64,000 nucleotides of DNA from Malacoraja senta (Eukaryota), in contig CM075988.1 of NCBI GenBank assembly GCA_038087875.1, forward strand, positions 3,038,001 to 3,102,000. Direction: 5' to 3'. Each line of letters begins with the position of its first letter. Position 1 is the stretch's first letter. Made by a program: the position numbers and the translations under genes. Positions 47,619 through 60,222 of the stretch are shown here, in pieces. The notes under the pieces are model-generated. The model did not search any database, was not told the DNA's origin, and saw only the letters and a list, made by a program, of their open reading frames with translations.

Positions 47619-50600
47619 CTATATTTGTAATAATTCTATAAATGCAGACCACGTCAGGTGGAAGTGATCTGGTTTACCTGCCAGGAGGAGGAGTCTTATC
47701 TCTTCTAGGTGTAATGTTTCGAACATATTTGAAATCCACACAGTTGGTGTTGGAGCCTTCTTCCAAAATTTTAGGATTAGCTTTTTTCCAGTTATTAACC
47801 CATAGTCTATTAGTTTCTTTTGAAACACATTGAGTTCTGGACCATCTTCCGTTATTACGAAGATAATCCATTCTGCTTTGGGTATCAGTTTTATTTTAAA
47901 TAATTTTGTAAAGATTTCGAAAATTTCATTCCAAACTTTTTGAATTTTTGAACAGAAAACAAATGGGTGCGCTATAGTAGCTTCTTGGGATTGACATTTA
48001 TCACAAATAGATGATACATTTGGGAAAATGTTATGGATTTTAGTTTTGGAATAATATAATCTATGTAAAATTTTTAATTGTATTAAAGTGTGTCTTACAT
48101 TAATCGAACATTTATACACGTTTAATAAGTGTTCATTCCAACTTTCCTTTGAAATTTTAATAGCTAACTCTTGTTCCCAGTCTCTTCTGATACCCTCCGT
48201 AAATGGTATTTCTACATTTAAGATAATATACAAATATGATATTAAGTTTGATGATTCAGCTTTTATCTGCATTGCCTCATCCAATACATCTGCTGGGTTA
48301 TTATAATGATCTTTTGTATATTTTTTCAAATAGTCGCATATTTGAAAATATTTAAAATATTGATTATTTCCGAGTTTATATTTTATTTGTAATTGTTGAA
48401 ATGAAAGTAATTTTCCAGTTTCATACAAGTCACCGAACGTTTGAATTCCTAGTCTATCCCAATGTGTAAAAGCTTTATCTATAATAGAGGGATTAAACAA
48501 AGGGTTATTAGCTATGGGTAATAAAAGTGATAAATTTCTTAATTTTAAATTTTGTTTTATTTGTTTCCAAATTCGGATTGTGCTATGAATAATTGGGTTC
48601 TTATTATAATTTATATTATTCAGTTTCATTGGAGAGAGGAGGATCGCTCCAATGTTTCCAGAGGAGCAATCCTCTTTCTCCATTACAATCCAGTCCACTT
48701 GCTGGGCGGAGTTATCCATCAGTTGAATCATATTTTTAATATTTACTGACCAATAATAATACATAAAATTAGGTAGTGCTAAACCCCCTAATACTTTAGG
48801 TTTATTCAGGTGAGTTTTTTGTATTCTATGTGATTTATAGTCCCATATAAAATTAGTGATATCTGAGTCGAGTTTAAAAAAAAACTTCTTTGGTAAGTAT
48901 ATAGGAATCGATTGAAATAGGTATAAAATTTGTGGTAGAAAGATCATTTTTATTGCATTTATTCGGCATATTAAAGACATCGGGAGCGTTTTCCAGAATT
49001 TAATTAGTGTGTTTAATTTATTAAGTAGGGGATCAAAATTTGCCTTAAACATACCTTGATATGTTCTAGTAATTTCGATTCCCAAGTATTTAAATTTTTC
49101 TGTAGCTATTTAAAAGGGGAATTTTAAAAGATGTGTTGAATCTTTCGGTTTTATTGACATAATTTCACTTTTATTCCAATTTATTCTATATCCAGAAAAA
49201 GATCCAAAGTCTTCAATTAAATTTAATATATTTGGTATAGTGATTTGAGGTTTTGTAATGTACAGTAATATATCATCCGCGTATAAAGATATTTTATTAT
49301 ATGAATCTTTAGTATTATATCCATGGATATCAGGGTGTATTCTAATTTTTTCTGCTAGCGGTTCAATAATGAGAGCAAACAGCTGTGGTGATAATGAGCA
49401 TCCTTGTCTATTTCCCCTTGATAGTTGGAATTTTGAGGATAATATGTTAATAGTTAATATTCTAGCTGTAGGTTTATTATATAGTAATTTGATCCATAGA
49501 ATAAAATTCTCTCCCAGTTGAAATTTTTGTAATACTTTATCCATATAATTCCCTTCTACTTGGTCAAATAGTTTTTCAGCATCCAGCGAAATAATTGATA
49601 ATTCTTGATCTTCAGATTTGTGTGAGTGCATTATGTTGAGTAAACGTCTCATATTGTTAGATGAGTATCTCTTAGGGATAAACCCCGTCTGATCTGGGTT
49701 TATTAATTTACTAATGTATTTACTTAATCTAGCTAATGTTTTCGCTAATATTTTTTGATCTGTGTTTAACAATGCTATAGCTCTATATGAACCCGGTTCT
49801 TCTAAATCTTTGTCTTTCTTAAGTATCAGTATAATCGTTGATTCCGCTAATGTATCAGGTAGTATTTGTTTTTTAAAAGCATATTGGTACATTTTTTGTA
49901 ATCTTGGTATTATTTTATTATAAAAGCTTTTATAAAATTCATTAGAAAATCCATCAGGACCTGGTGTTTTTCCATTCTTTAGTGAGTTTATTGTATCTTC
50001 TAATTCCTTAATTGAAATTTGTGCACCCAATTCCTCTTGTTCCTTCAACTCTAACTTTGGAAGATTACAATTATCCAAAAACGTTGCGATATTATTGGAA
50101 TCAATTGTCGTTTTAGATGTATACAAATTCTCATAAAATTGCGCAAATCTTTTATTAATATCCTTCGGTGTTGTTAATAATTCCCCTTTATCTGATTTAA
50201 TCTTTGGGATAGTATGTTCCTTTTCTCGTTTTTTTAGCTGGCGAGATAAAAGTTTATGCGGTTTATCCCCAAATTCAAAGTGCTCTTGTTTTGTAATTTG
50301 AAAAAAGTCTTATAAGTTTGGCAGATAATAATTTATTTAATTTAAATTTCAAAATTATTATTTTATTATGTTTATCTATTGATGGATCTTTAGCATTATC
50401 TATATCCATTTGTCTAATAAGTTCTTCTAACTGTCTTTGTTCATTCTTATTCTTTTTATTTTGAAAAGCTTGATATGAAATTATAATACCCCTAATGTAT
50501 GCTTTAAAAGATTCCCATAATACAGTAGACGATATATCTGGAGTATCATTTATTTGAAAAAAGGCATCCATTTGTTCTTTTAAATATATACTCGCTTGTG

Positions 50601-51398
50601 GATCTTTTAGAATTTGAGAATTAAATCTCCAAAACGATTTATTCTTAAACATTCCTTCCAGTTTTAAAAAGAAAGTTAGTGGAGAATGGTCTGAAATCGA
50701 ATTTGTATGGTATGTTGGGTTAAATGTTTGAGGGATTAATTTTGTATCCAGCATGAAGTAATCTATACGTGAGTATGTCTTCTGTACCATTGAATAAAAC
50801 GAGTATTCCCTGCCAGTTGGATTAACAATTCTCCAAACATCTGCTATATTAGTATTGTTTATATAAGTATTGAGAAGTTCCCCGGTTTTCGATTTCATAT
50901 TCCCTCTCTGTTTTTGGCTTGATCTAAGTATGGATCTAAAACACAGTTAAAGTCTCCTCCTATTATAACATTTTGATAGTTAAACTCTGCAATTATGTTG
51001 AAAATTTTATTGAAAAAGTGGGGGTTGTCAAAGTTAGGGGCATATATATTTACCAAGGTAAGTGGAGTATCATGAATTTCTCCATTAACTATTAAGTATC
51101 TCCCTTCTATATCTGTTATGATATTCTTTGCTTTAAATGGTATACCTTTTCTTATAATGATTGACGTGCCTCTAGATTTCGAAGTGAATGAAGAATGGTA
51201 TGTTTGACCTATCCATTTCGCCCTCAACCTAGCTTGATCCTGAGATTTTAAGTGTGTTTCTTGTAAGAAGATAATGTCAGAGTTGTACAGTTTCAACTGA
51301 GCTAGTATCTTACCCCTTTTAATAGGTTCGTTAATACCTCTTATATTCCAGCTACAAAATGAGATTCCTCCTAGGTTCTTTTGTTTAGTATCATGCAT
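47619..51398 (-). pseudogene. L1 ORF2p (EN-RT-Cys), split into four ORFs
   Basis: ORFs 50895-51398, 50275-50898, 49110-50126 and 47619-49085 carry consecutive domains. Confidence 0.9.
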
Positions 51399-52239
51399 TT
51401 TGAATAATTATAGTACCTTTAAATCTTGTGGTGCATCCATATCCCAGGTCTTTGGGTATTGGGGGAACTTTTGAATTTTTGAGTTTTGTTGGTATATCCA
51501 TTTTACGCTTATCACTAAACACAAAACACAAACATGTGAGTTTATGTGATAATAATTTTAAAAAAACTAAAAAAGTGAAAATACAGTGTCTATTATAGTC
51601 GGCACTGTAGCGAGTGTCCCAACTGTAGGTGGGAAAAAACCTTGTTTCGACTTCCATTGTGATGTTAAACAAATAGCTCCGCTCTCTTGGTTGATCATAA
51701 CATATTAAAATATTAAAACGGGGCCTCACATTCAGATATATAATACAATTTTACCCTATATATTTCATTATAACATCATATTTATATCGCAATTTTAGCT
51801 ACTAATTAGTAAACCGATACTTTTGACTTCAATAAGAATCAACTGTTGGTTGAAGGGGTTAACGAGACGTGCCCCTGGACCTAAGCCAGGTGCTCGTTTC
51901 TCATCCCCTCCTCCCACTTATAGATAAGGTTTCAATTTATTAAAAATTCATATTAGTATGTTAGTTCGTTATTTTTTATTTTTATTTTTGTTAGTATTCT
52001 AATCTAACATGAATAACTTATTAAGTTATTAATAGGATAAATTCTTACAATTGGTTTTAATATTATAATCTAATAAACAAGTAAATGCTTCTGGTATATA
52101 CCATTCCCGTCTGTTCAGCTGTTTACTCATTTTGAACAGAAAGTGTCCTTGATTCAACATTCCAAAGATAACAGTCTAGCTATCCCCAGACAAAGCATTG
52201 CTTAGAATGGTTCAGATCTGCCAAACCCCCATTTGATTT

Positions 52240-53342
52240 CTATTTTTCAACGATAGTTTCGGCATATTTGAATGCGTCTTCAGGCTTAACAAATGACTTT
52301 ACAGAACCTTTGAAGGAAATACGCATTTTCGCTGGATAAAAAACTCCATATCTGATCCCTTCTTTCCCTCTTAAAAGATCCTTAACCTTCTCGAATTTGT
52401 TTCTTTTTTGCACAATTTCATACGGGTAGTCCCTGAATATCTTGATAGTGTCATTGTCCAGCCGCAGTTGCACACCGTGTTTGATTTTGCTCATAACATC
52501 TTCCAGTTCTAAAATATCCCGAAATTTCACAATAATATGTCGTGGATGAGTTTTTCCCGCACCAGATCTTTGTTTAAATCTTGGGACACGATGAGCCACT
52601 TCGATTTTCGGTTCTTTGGAAAGATTAAGCAGTTGTTTAAGCAAGCCCATGGCAATCTCACGCACATCCTCCCCCTCGCTCCCTCTGAGACTCCAAGAAT
52701 TCTCAAATTCTGACGTCTAGAGCGAGCTTCCAGGTCCAGGCATTTTTCTGAGACTTTTCCCAGTTGAATCACCATCTGTAGTGAAGTTTGTTCATTTTCT
52801 TGCCTCATTTGCTCATGTTCTTGCCTCATTTTCGCCATGTCTTCAACCACTCGAGCCGTGTTTTTCTCCAATTCCGTAATTGTGCGCATACTTGCAGCTA
52901 CTGTTTCAAGCACAGCCGTGAACCTGTCCGTAGTAGTTTCATCCATCTTGTCCATTCTCTCCGATTGTCCATCTTTCACATCCTCAATTCGTTTATTCAT
53001 AATGTCCAGTGAATCAATCACCTTCTGATTGCCAGCATCCATAGCCTTCTGATTACCAGCATTTAAATCCTTCAACATCTTTTCCATTTTTTCCATCATA
53101 TTTCCCATATTTTCCTTCATATTTTCCATCATAATTTTATTTTCATCCAAAATCTCATCTTTCATATTTTTCACTGATTTCTTCAAGTCATCAAACTCTT
53201 TCTTAGCTCTTGTATCCATTTCTGCAGCCACTTCAGAGACTTCAGAGACTTCAGAGGTAACTTCTCCTTCAGACTTATTCTGGTCTCTCAGCAGCTTTTT
53301 CACTAATCTCTGAGGGCTCTCAGCTGGAGACAGTTTACTCAA
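52240..53342 (-). pseudogene. L1 ORF1p (one frameshift)
   Basis: Overlapping ORFs 52527-53342 and 52240-52665. Confidence 0.85.
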
Positions 53343-53519
53343 TTAAAGGGCTTTAAACCACCGTTTAAAACATCGCGCTTACTGATGACGTCATCCAACC
53401 GGCGACCAGAAGCTCCGGTAAGTTTTTTAAATCCAATCCCGATTTATGGACCCGTTTTACACGATAAATCGTGAAATTTTTCGGGAGAGGAGCTAGGTGC
53501 ACGTCTGTTAGTCCAACAT

Positions 53520-53983
53520 GGAGGAGATGGACCCGCTGCTGCCGTTGTGCGGGACCCGTCATTCGCTCCGACCCTTCCTCATCCCGCATCTAGTATCTTT
53601 GCCCCGCACAGCCGCCGCCGACACGAAACGTCACGTTCCTTTTCTCCAGAGATGCTGCCTGACCCGCGGAGTTACTCCAGTTTTTTGTGTCTATCTTCGG
53701 TACAAACCAGTATCTGGTTGCCAAGCCGGGCAAAATGACTCAGTGTTTAGGTTGCCCGGCGGCGCTTTCAGTGGTCAGTGGCACCCAGGCAACCGCTAAT
53801 TTTGAGCCCTGCATGATTATAACTGAGCCATTTATAGTGTATAGATACATGATAAGGGAATAATGTTTAGTACAAGGTGAAGTCAGCAAAGTCCAATCAA
53901 GGATATTGAAGTACTTAAACCACAAAGGAGAATTGTGTATTAAGGGGAAGCTATTTAACAGGTAAGGTTTAGAGAATTATGTT
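53520..53983 (+). repeat. 464-bp direct repeat, copy 2
   Basis: Matches copy 1; abuts the L1 5' end. Confidence 0.95.
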
Positions 53984-54337
53984 GATAGGATTAAGTGAAT
54001 TATGGCAGAACCTACTGACCGAACAGCGCAGGAAATTCTGTTCTGATCTATGGAGATATTGGTTCCATGTTTAGGAATGCCTCTTTTAAATCCTTCCCCT
54101 GGTTTCAAACTGTAATCTTGCTTCTTCTACTATACCCTCCAGGCATATAATTATTCAATATAAATATGCGCATCTAATTTTGACTAAGCTTGTAAAGATT
54201 TATTTGCTTCACCTTCAGCAGCTAAGCTGTCAAAAGGTGCTAAAATCTGGAATTTCCTCTCTAAATTTTGTACCTCAGGGCATTTTTTTCTGCCAATGTA
54301 ATCTGAAACCAATTTATATGAAGCCTCTGGTTATATA

Positions 54338-55948
54338 CAGAGGCTTCCATAATGTTTGGGACAAAGACCCATCACTTATTTATTTGCCTCTGTACTCCAC
54401 AATTTGAGATTTGTAATAGAAAAAATCACATGTGGTTAAAGTGCACATTGTCAGATTTTATTAAAGGCCATTTTTATACGACATGGTTTCACCATGTAGA
54501 AATTACAGCTGTGTTTATACATGGTACCCCCATTTCAGGGCACCATAATATTTGGGACACATGGCTTCACAGGTCTTTGTAATTGCTCAGGTGTGTTTAA
54601 TGCCTCCTTAATGCAGGTATAAGAGAGCTCTCAGCATCTAGTCTTTCCTCCAGTCTTTCCATCACCTTTGGAAACTTTTATTGCTCTTTATCAACATGAG
54701 GACCAAAGTTGCCAATGAAAGTCAAAGAAGCTATTTTGAGACCGAGAAACAAGAATAAAACTGTTACAGACATCAGCCAAACCTTAGGCTAACCAAAATC
54801 AACAGTTTGGAACATCATTAAGAAGAAAGAGAGCACTAGTGAGCTTACTAATCGCAAAGGGACTGGCAGGCCAAGGAAGACCTCCACTGAAGATGACAGA
54901 GTCTTTCTCTCTATAATAAAGAAAAAATCCCCAAACACGTGTCCAACAGATCAGAAACACTCTTCAGGAGTCAGGTGTGGATTTGTCAATGACCTCATGG
55001 TCAAGACTTCATGAACAGAAATACAGAGGCTACACTGCAAGATGCAAACCACTGGTTAGCCGCAAAAATAGAATGGCCAGGTTACAGTTTGCCAAGAAGT
55101 ACTTAAAGAGCAACCACAGTCCTGGAAAAAGGTCTTGTGGACAGATGAGACGAAGATTAACATCAGAGTGATGGCAAGAGCAAAGTATGGAGGAGAGAAG
55201 GAGCTGCCCAAGATCCAAAGCATACCACCTCATCTGTGAAACACGGTGGTGGGGGTATTATGGCTTGTGCATGTATGGCTGCTGAAGGTACTGGCTCACT
55301 TATCTTCATTGATGATATAACTGCTGATGGTAGTAGAATAATGAATTCTGAAGTGTATAGACCCATCCTATCTGCTCATGTTCAAACATAATGCCTCAAA
55401 ACTCATTAGCTGGCAGCTCATTAAACAGTAAAACAATGATCCCAAACATACTGCTAAAGCAACAAAGCAGTTTTTCAAAGCTTGAGTGGCCAAGTCAATC
55501 ACCCGATCTGAACCCAATTGTGCATGCCATTTATATGCTGATGAGAAAACTGAAGGGGACTAGCCCCCAAAACAAGCATAAGCTAAAGATGGCTGCAATA
55601 CAGGCCTGGCAGAGCATTACCAGAGAAGACACCCAGCAACTGGTGATGTCCATGAATCGCAGACTTCAAGCAGTCATTGCATGCAAAGCATATGCAACAA
55701 ACTACTTTCATTTACATCACATTGCTGTGTCCCAAACATTATGGTGCCCTGAAATGGGGGGACTATGTATAAACACTGCTGTAATTTCTACATGGTGAAA
55801 CCTAAATGTATAAAAATGACCTTTATTAAAATCCGACAATGTGCACTTTAACCACGTGATTTCTTTCTATTATAAATCTCAAATTGTGGAGTACAGAGGC
55901 AAATGAATAAATGACGGGTCTTTGTCCCAAACATTATGGAGTGCACTG
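54338..55948 (+). mobile_element. Tc1 transposon copy 2 (defective)
   Basis: Same TIRs and transposase remnants as 32594-34205. Confidence 0.92.
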
Positions 55949-56097
55949 TCCACTAATACCTACAAGATTTGGTGACAAATTTTGTTAAATAATACTCCTG
56001 TGAAACATCTTGAGGGGTTTTGCTTCGTTTAAAGTGGAATATTGATGGAAGCTGGTTTTGTTGTTGTTTGACAAAGGATCCACTTTGCTCGGTTTTT

Positions 56098-56403
56098 AGG
56101 CTAGTTTAGAGACAGCATGGAAACAGCCCTTCGGCCCCCTGAGTCCGTGCCGTCAAGCGATCCTTGCACACATACCACAATCCTATACACACTAGAGACA
56201 ATTTACAATTATACCAAGCCAATTAACCTACAAACCTCTACGTCTTTGGATTGTGGGAGGAAACTGGAGATCCTGGAGAAAATCCACACAGTCACGGTGA
56301 GAATGTACAAACTCTGTACAGACATGCACCCGTAATCAGAATCGAACCCGATTGTCTGGCGCTGTAAAGCAGCAATGCTGCCGCTGCACAACCGTGCAGG
56401 CCC
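56098..56403 (-). mobile_element. V-SINE
   Basis: Same family as 5898-6197. Confidence 0.75.
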
Positions 56404-56505
56404 TAAATTATTAGATTGTATTGAACAGGGTAAACAAATTTCAATGCAGTTTCTGGTGTAGAGAGAATTCTATCAGATTGTTAACCAGCTGTTTTCCCGC
56501 GGCAG

Positions 56506-56674
56506 GTTGGCGAAGACTGTGGTGATGATCAAGATGCCGTGATCATTCTCGAGAAGACTCCTTTCCGCGAGGAAACACTGCCACAGCTTCTCAACAAGAA
56601 TGCAGATCTTCGTCTTCAAATGCAGAATGACATCTACAGCACACACCACCTTCATGCACCTTCGGCCCTCAATG
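56506..56674 (+). CDS. DCPS: DcpS coding exon 2
   Basis: Acceptor ...ttttcccgcggcAG|. Reads VGEDCGDDQDAVIILEKTPFREETLPQLLNKNADLRLQMQNDIYSTHHLHAPSALN, in frame with exon 1. Matches the DcpS DAVVILEKTPF...NDIYSTY motif. 169 nt, phase-1 donor G|GTACAG. Confidence 0.93.
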
Positions 56675-56852
56675 GTACAGTACAAGCCCATTCTTGCCTT
56701 GCTTTCTGCATGGTCAGCAATCATTGTTACTTTTACAGTGACACTCAGACCACTGCACTCGAGCCCAGTGTTATTTTAACAAGTGCAGCTTGCACCTCAT
56801 CAGTCTTCCGAATTTCTGTCTGACAAAATTGTATTTTATTATACTAATAATG

Positions 56853-57008
56853 TTAGATTTAGCTCTTAGGGCTAATGGAATCAAGGGATATGGAGAACAA
56901 GCAGGAACGGGGTACTGATTTTGGATGATCAGCCATGATCATATTGAATGGCGGTGCTGGCTCGAAGGGCCGAATGGCCGATTCCTGCACCCTTTTTCTA
57001 TGTTTCTA
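56853..57008 (+). mobile_element. CR1 3' UTR fragment
   Basis: GGAATCAAGGGATATGG...TTTCTATGTTTCTAT. Confidence 0.8.
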
Positions 57009-57319
57009 TAATATTTAGTAATCATTCTAGTTCAGTTTATTGTCACGTGTACCGAGGTACAGTGAAAAGCTTTTGTTAAGTGCTTACCAGTTAGCAGAAA
57101 GACAGTACATGATTACAATTGAGCCATTCACAGTGTGCAGATACAGGATAAGGGAATAGAGATTTAAAAGCGTGGAGCGATTATATGTGTGATTGCAGTT
57201 CCGCTTCTGTGACTAGCACACAAATAGTCGCCTGGGTTGGGTGCCATCTTGGTACCACATTTTCCATTACACATGGCTAACACCAGGACACCAGTTTCAA
57301 ACCATTAGTGAGTGAAGGA

Positions 57320-57582
57320 GGTTTAGAGATATAGCATGGAAACAGGTCCTTCAGCCCACCGAGTCAGCACCGACCAGTGATCACCCCTACACTAGTTCTA
57401 CCCGACACACTAAGAACAATTTACAGAAGCCAATTAATCTACAAACCTGCACGTCTTTGGAATGTGGAGGAAACCGGAGAAGTCACAAGGAGAACGTACA
57501 AACTCCCTACAGACAGCACCGGTAGTCAGGATCGAACCCAGGTCTCTGGCACAATAAGGCAGCAGATCTACCACTGCACCAC
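57320..57582 (-). mobile_element. V-SINE
   Basis: Same family as 5898-6197. Confidence 0.72.
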
Positions 57583-57612
57583 TATAGAGTTAATGTAGAA
57601 ATCATTGATATA

Positions 57613-59105
57613 CAGTACCCTCCATAATGGTTGGGACAAAGACCCATGATTTATTTATTTGCCTCTACTCCACAAATTGAGATTTGTAATAGAAAAAAAT
57701 CACATGTGGTTAAAGTGTACATTGTCAGATATTATTAAAGGCCATTTTTATACATTCTGGCTTCACCATGTAGAAATTACAGCTGCATTTATACATAGTC
57801 CCCCTATTTTAGGGCACCATAATGTTTGGGAGACATGGCTTCACAGGCATTTGTATTTGCTCAGGTATGTTTAATTGCCTCCTTCATGCAGGTCTATGAG
57901 AGCTCTCAGCACCTAGACTTTCCTCCAGTCTTTCCATCACCTTTGGAAACTTTTATTGCATTCATCAACATGAGGACCAAAGTTGTGCCGATGAAAGTCA
58001 AAGAAGCCGTTATGAGACTGAAAAACAAGAATAAAACTGTTCGAGACATCGGCCACACATGCTTACCAAAATCAACTGTTTTGAACATCGTTAAGAAGAA
58101 AGAGAGCACTGGTGAGCTTACTAATCGCAAAGGGATTGGCAGGCCAAGGAAGACCTCCACAGCTGATGACAGAAGAATTCTCTCTATAGTAAAGAAAAAT
58201 GCCCAAACACCTGTCCGACAGATCAGAAACACACTCAAGAGTCAGGTGTGAATTTGTCAATGATCACTGTCCGCAGAAGACCTCATGACAGAAATGCAGA
58301 GGCTATACAGCAAGATGCAAACCTCTGGTTAGCCGCAAAAATAGGATGGCCAGGTTACGGTTTGCCAAGAAATACTTAAGAGAACAACCACAGTTCTGGA
58401 AAAAGGCCTTGTGGACAGTTGAGATGAAGATGAACTTATATCAGAGTGATGGCAAGAGCAAAGTATTGGGGAGAGAAGGAACTGCCCAAGATCCAAAGCA
58501 TACCACCTCATCTGTGAAACATGGTGGTGGGGGAGTTATGGCCTGGGCATGTATGACTGTTAAAGGTACTGGCTCATTTATCTTCATTGAAGATACAATT
58601 GCTGATGGTAGTAGCAATATGAATTCTGAAGTGTATAGACACATCCTATCGGCTCAAGTTCAAATAAATGCCTCAAAACTCCTTGGCTGGCAGTTCATTC
58701 TACAGCAAGACAGTGATCCAAAACATACAGCTCAGGCAACAAAGGAGTTTTTCAAAGCTAAAAAATGGTAAATTCTTGAATGGCCAAGTCAATCACCCGA
58801 TCTGAACCCAATTGAGCATGCCTGAAGATATGCTGAAGAGAAAACTGAAGGGGATTGGCCTCCAAAACAAGCATAAGCTAAAGATGGCTGCAATACAGGC
58901 CTGGCAGAGCATCACCAAAGAAGACACCCAGCAACTGGTTATGTCCATGAATCGCAGACTTCAAGCAGTCATTGCATGCAAAAGATATGCAAAAAAATAC
59001 TAAACCTGACTACTTTCATTTACATGACACAAATCTCAAATTGTGGAGTACAGAGGCAAGTAAATAAATTATGGGTCTTTGTCCCAAACATTATGGAGGG
59101 CACTG
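57613..59105 (+). mobile_element. Tc1 transposon copy 3 (defective, deletion in right TIR)
   Basis: TA-CAGTACCCTCCATAAT... to ...GGAGGGCACTG. Motifs GRPRKT, KHGGGGVMAW, QQDSDPKH, SPDLNPIEH. Confidence 0.92.
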
Positions 59106-59334
59106 CAAGCAAAAAACTAGCCTGTAGTTGAATGCGTGGAAGCAGAAATTGGTTTTAAATCATAAGTTGCAGCTGTAGCAAGGACTGTCACAGCTCATTT
59201 AGAGTTATGACTTTCATGTTACACAGTGGGCGACTATTTGACACAAGTGGTGATAAACTGATCACTTTAGTTTTACATATATTGACAGTGATTGGATCTG
59301 CAGTGTGTGTTTGTATGTACCTGTAGATCTATTT

Positions 59335-60222
59335 CGGAAGTGGCGGCGCGGCACTGGCTGCAGCGGCTCATTCATCGGCAGTCCTGTTTGTTTGTGTTTT
59401 TTGTGTTGTTTATTTCGTTTTGGTTAGTCTAGTTTTTGGTTTTTAGTTTGTGTTTTGGGGGGGTGGGGGGTTGTAACGGGGTTTGCAGTCTCTCCCTGCG
59501 GGGGAATGCGACTTTTTGTCGTATTCCCCTTCTCTGCCTCCGTCTGCGCTGAGGCCTAATGGAGGTGGCGACCTCGAGGCTCCGGAGGCAGAGCCCGTCA
59601 GGACTCGCCCTAAGCTCGCTCCCGTGAGGGTGGTCCGGCTCAGGGCTGGAACAGTGCTCCCGTGAGCGCCCAAGTCGGGGCGGCCCGGCCCGAGGGAGAA
59701 GCGACCCCCAAGTCGGGGCGGCCCGGCCCGGGGAAGGAGCGACGCCCAAGTCGGGGCAGCCCGGCCAGAGGGAGAAGGGACGCCCATGTCGGGGCAGCCC
59801 GGCCGGAGGGAGGTTCGGCGCCCATGTCGGGGCGGCCCAGCCCGAGGCTGAAGACGGCACGGTACTCACGTGAGAGTGGCTGGGACGGTGTTCTGGCGGT
59901 GGTGGCCTGAGTCCGGGGTTCGGCCGCGGGCCAGCGTCTGCGTCTGCAGGACTGGTGGGCGGCAGCTTCGACCACCCCGGGCCGCGGTGTTTGAGCCGCG
60001 GGAAACATCGCCCGGGGAGTATCACCTCAGCGCAGAGGGAGAAGAGGAGGGAAGAGACTGCAGATCTAAGACTTTTGCGTCCATCACAGTGAGGAGATGT
60101 TGGGTGGACTCACTGTGGTGGATGTTAATATGTGTTTATTGTTGTTTTATGTATGACTGTTGCAATTTCGTTCAGACTTCGGTCTGAATGACAATAAAGG
60201 GCTATCTAATCTAATCTATCTA
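59335..60222 (+). mobile_element. Composite VNTR-containing retroposon (copy D)
   Basis: T-rich head, G run, hairpin, ~38-bp GC-rich VNTR (59667-59845), second hairpin 60078-60124, stem-loop plus AATAAA plus (CTAAT)n tail. Confidence 0.7.

Larger units (their letters stand above)
47215..53519 (-). mobile_element. Full-length L1-clade LINE (~6.3 kb, frameshifted)
   Basis: 5' UTR. ORF1 52240-53342 (coiled coil, LEARSRRQNLRILG, AHRV). ~840-bp spacer. ORF2 47619-51398 (SWNIRG, LQETH, GGDFN, SRIDY, SDHSP, YADD, Cys-rich CDKC). A-rich 3' UTR and tail. Confidence 0.93.

Noticed and set aside
46751..53983. 464-bp repeats interpreted as LTRs
   Set aside because: No TG..CA ends, PBS or PPT. The interior is a poly(A)-tailed L1 and the repeat consists of pre-existing host repeats.
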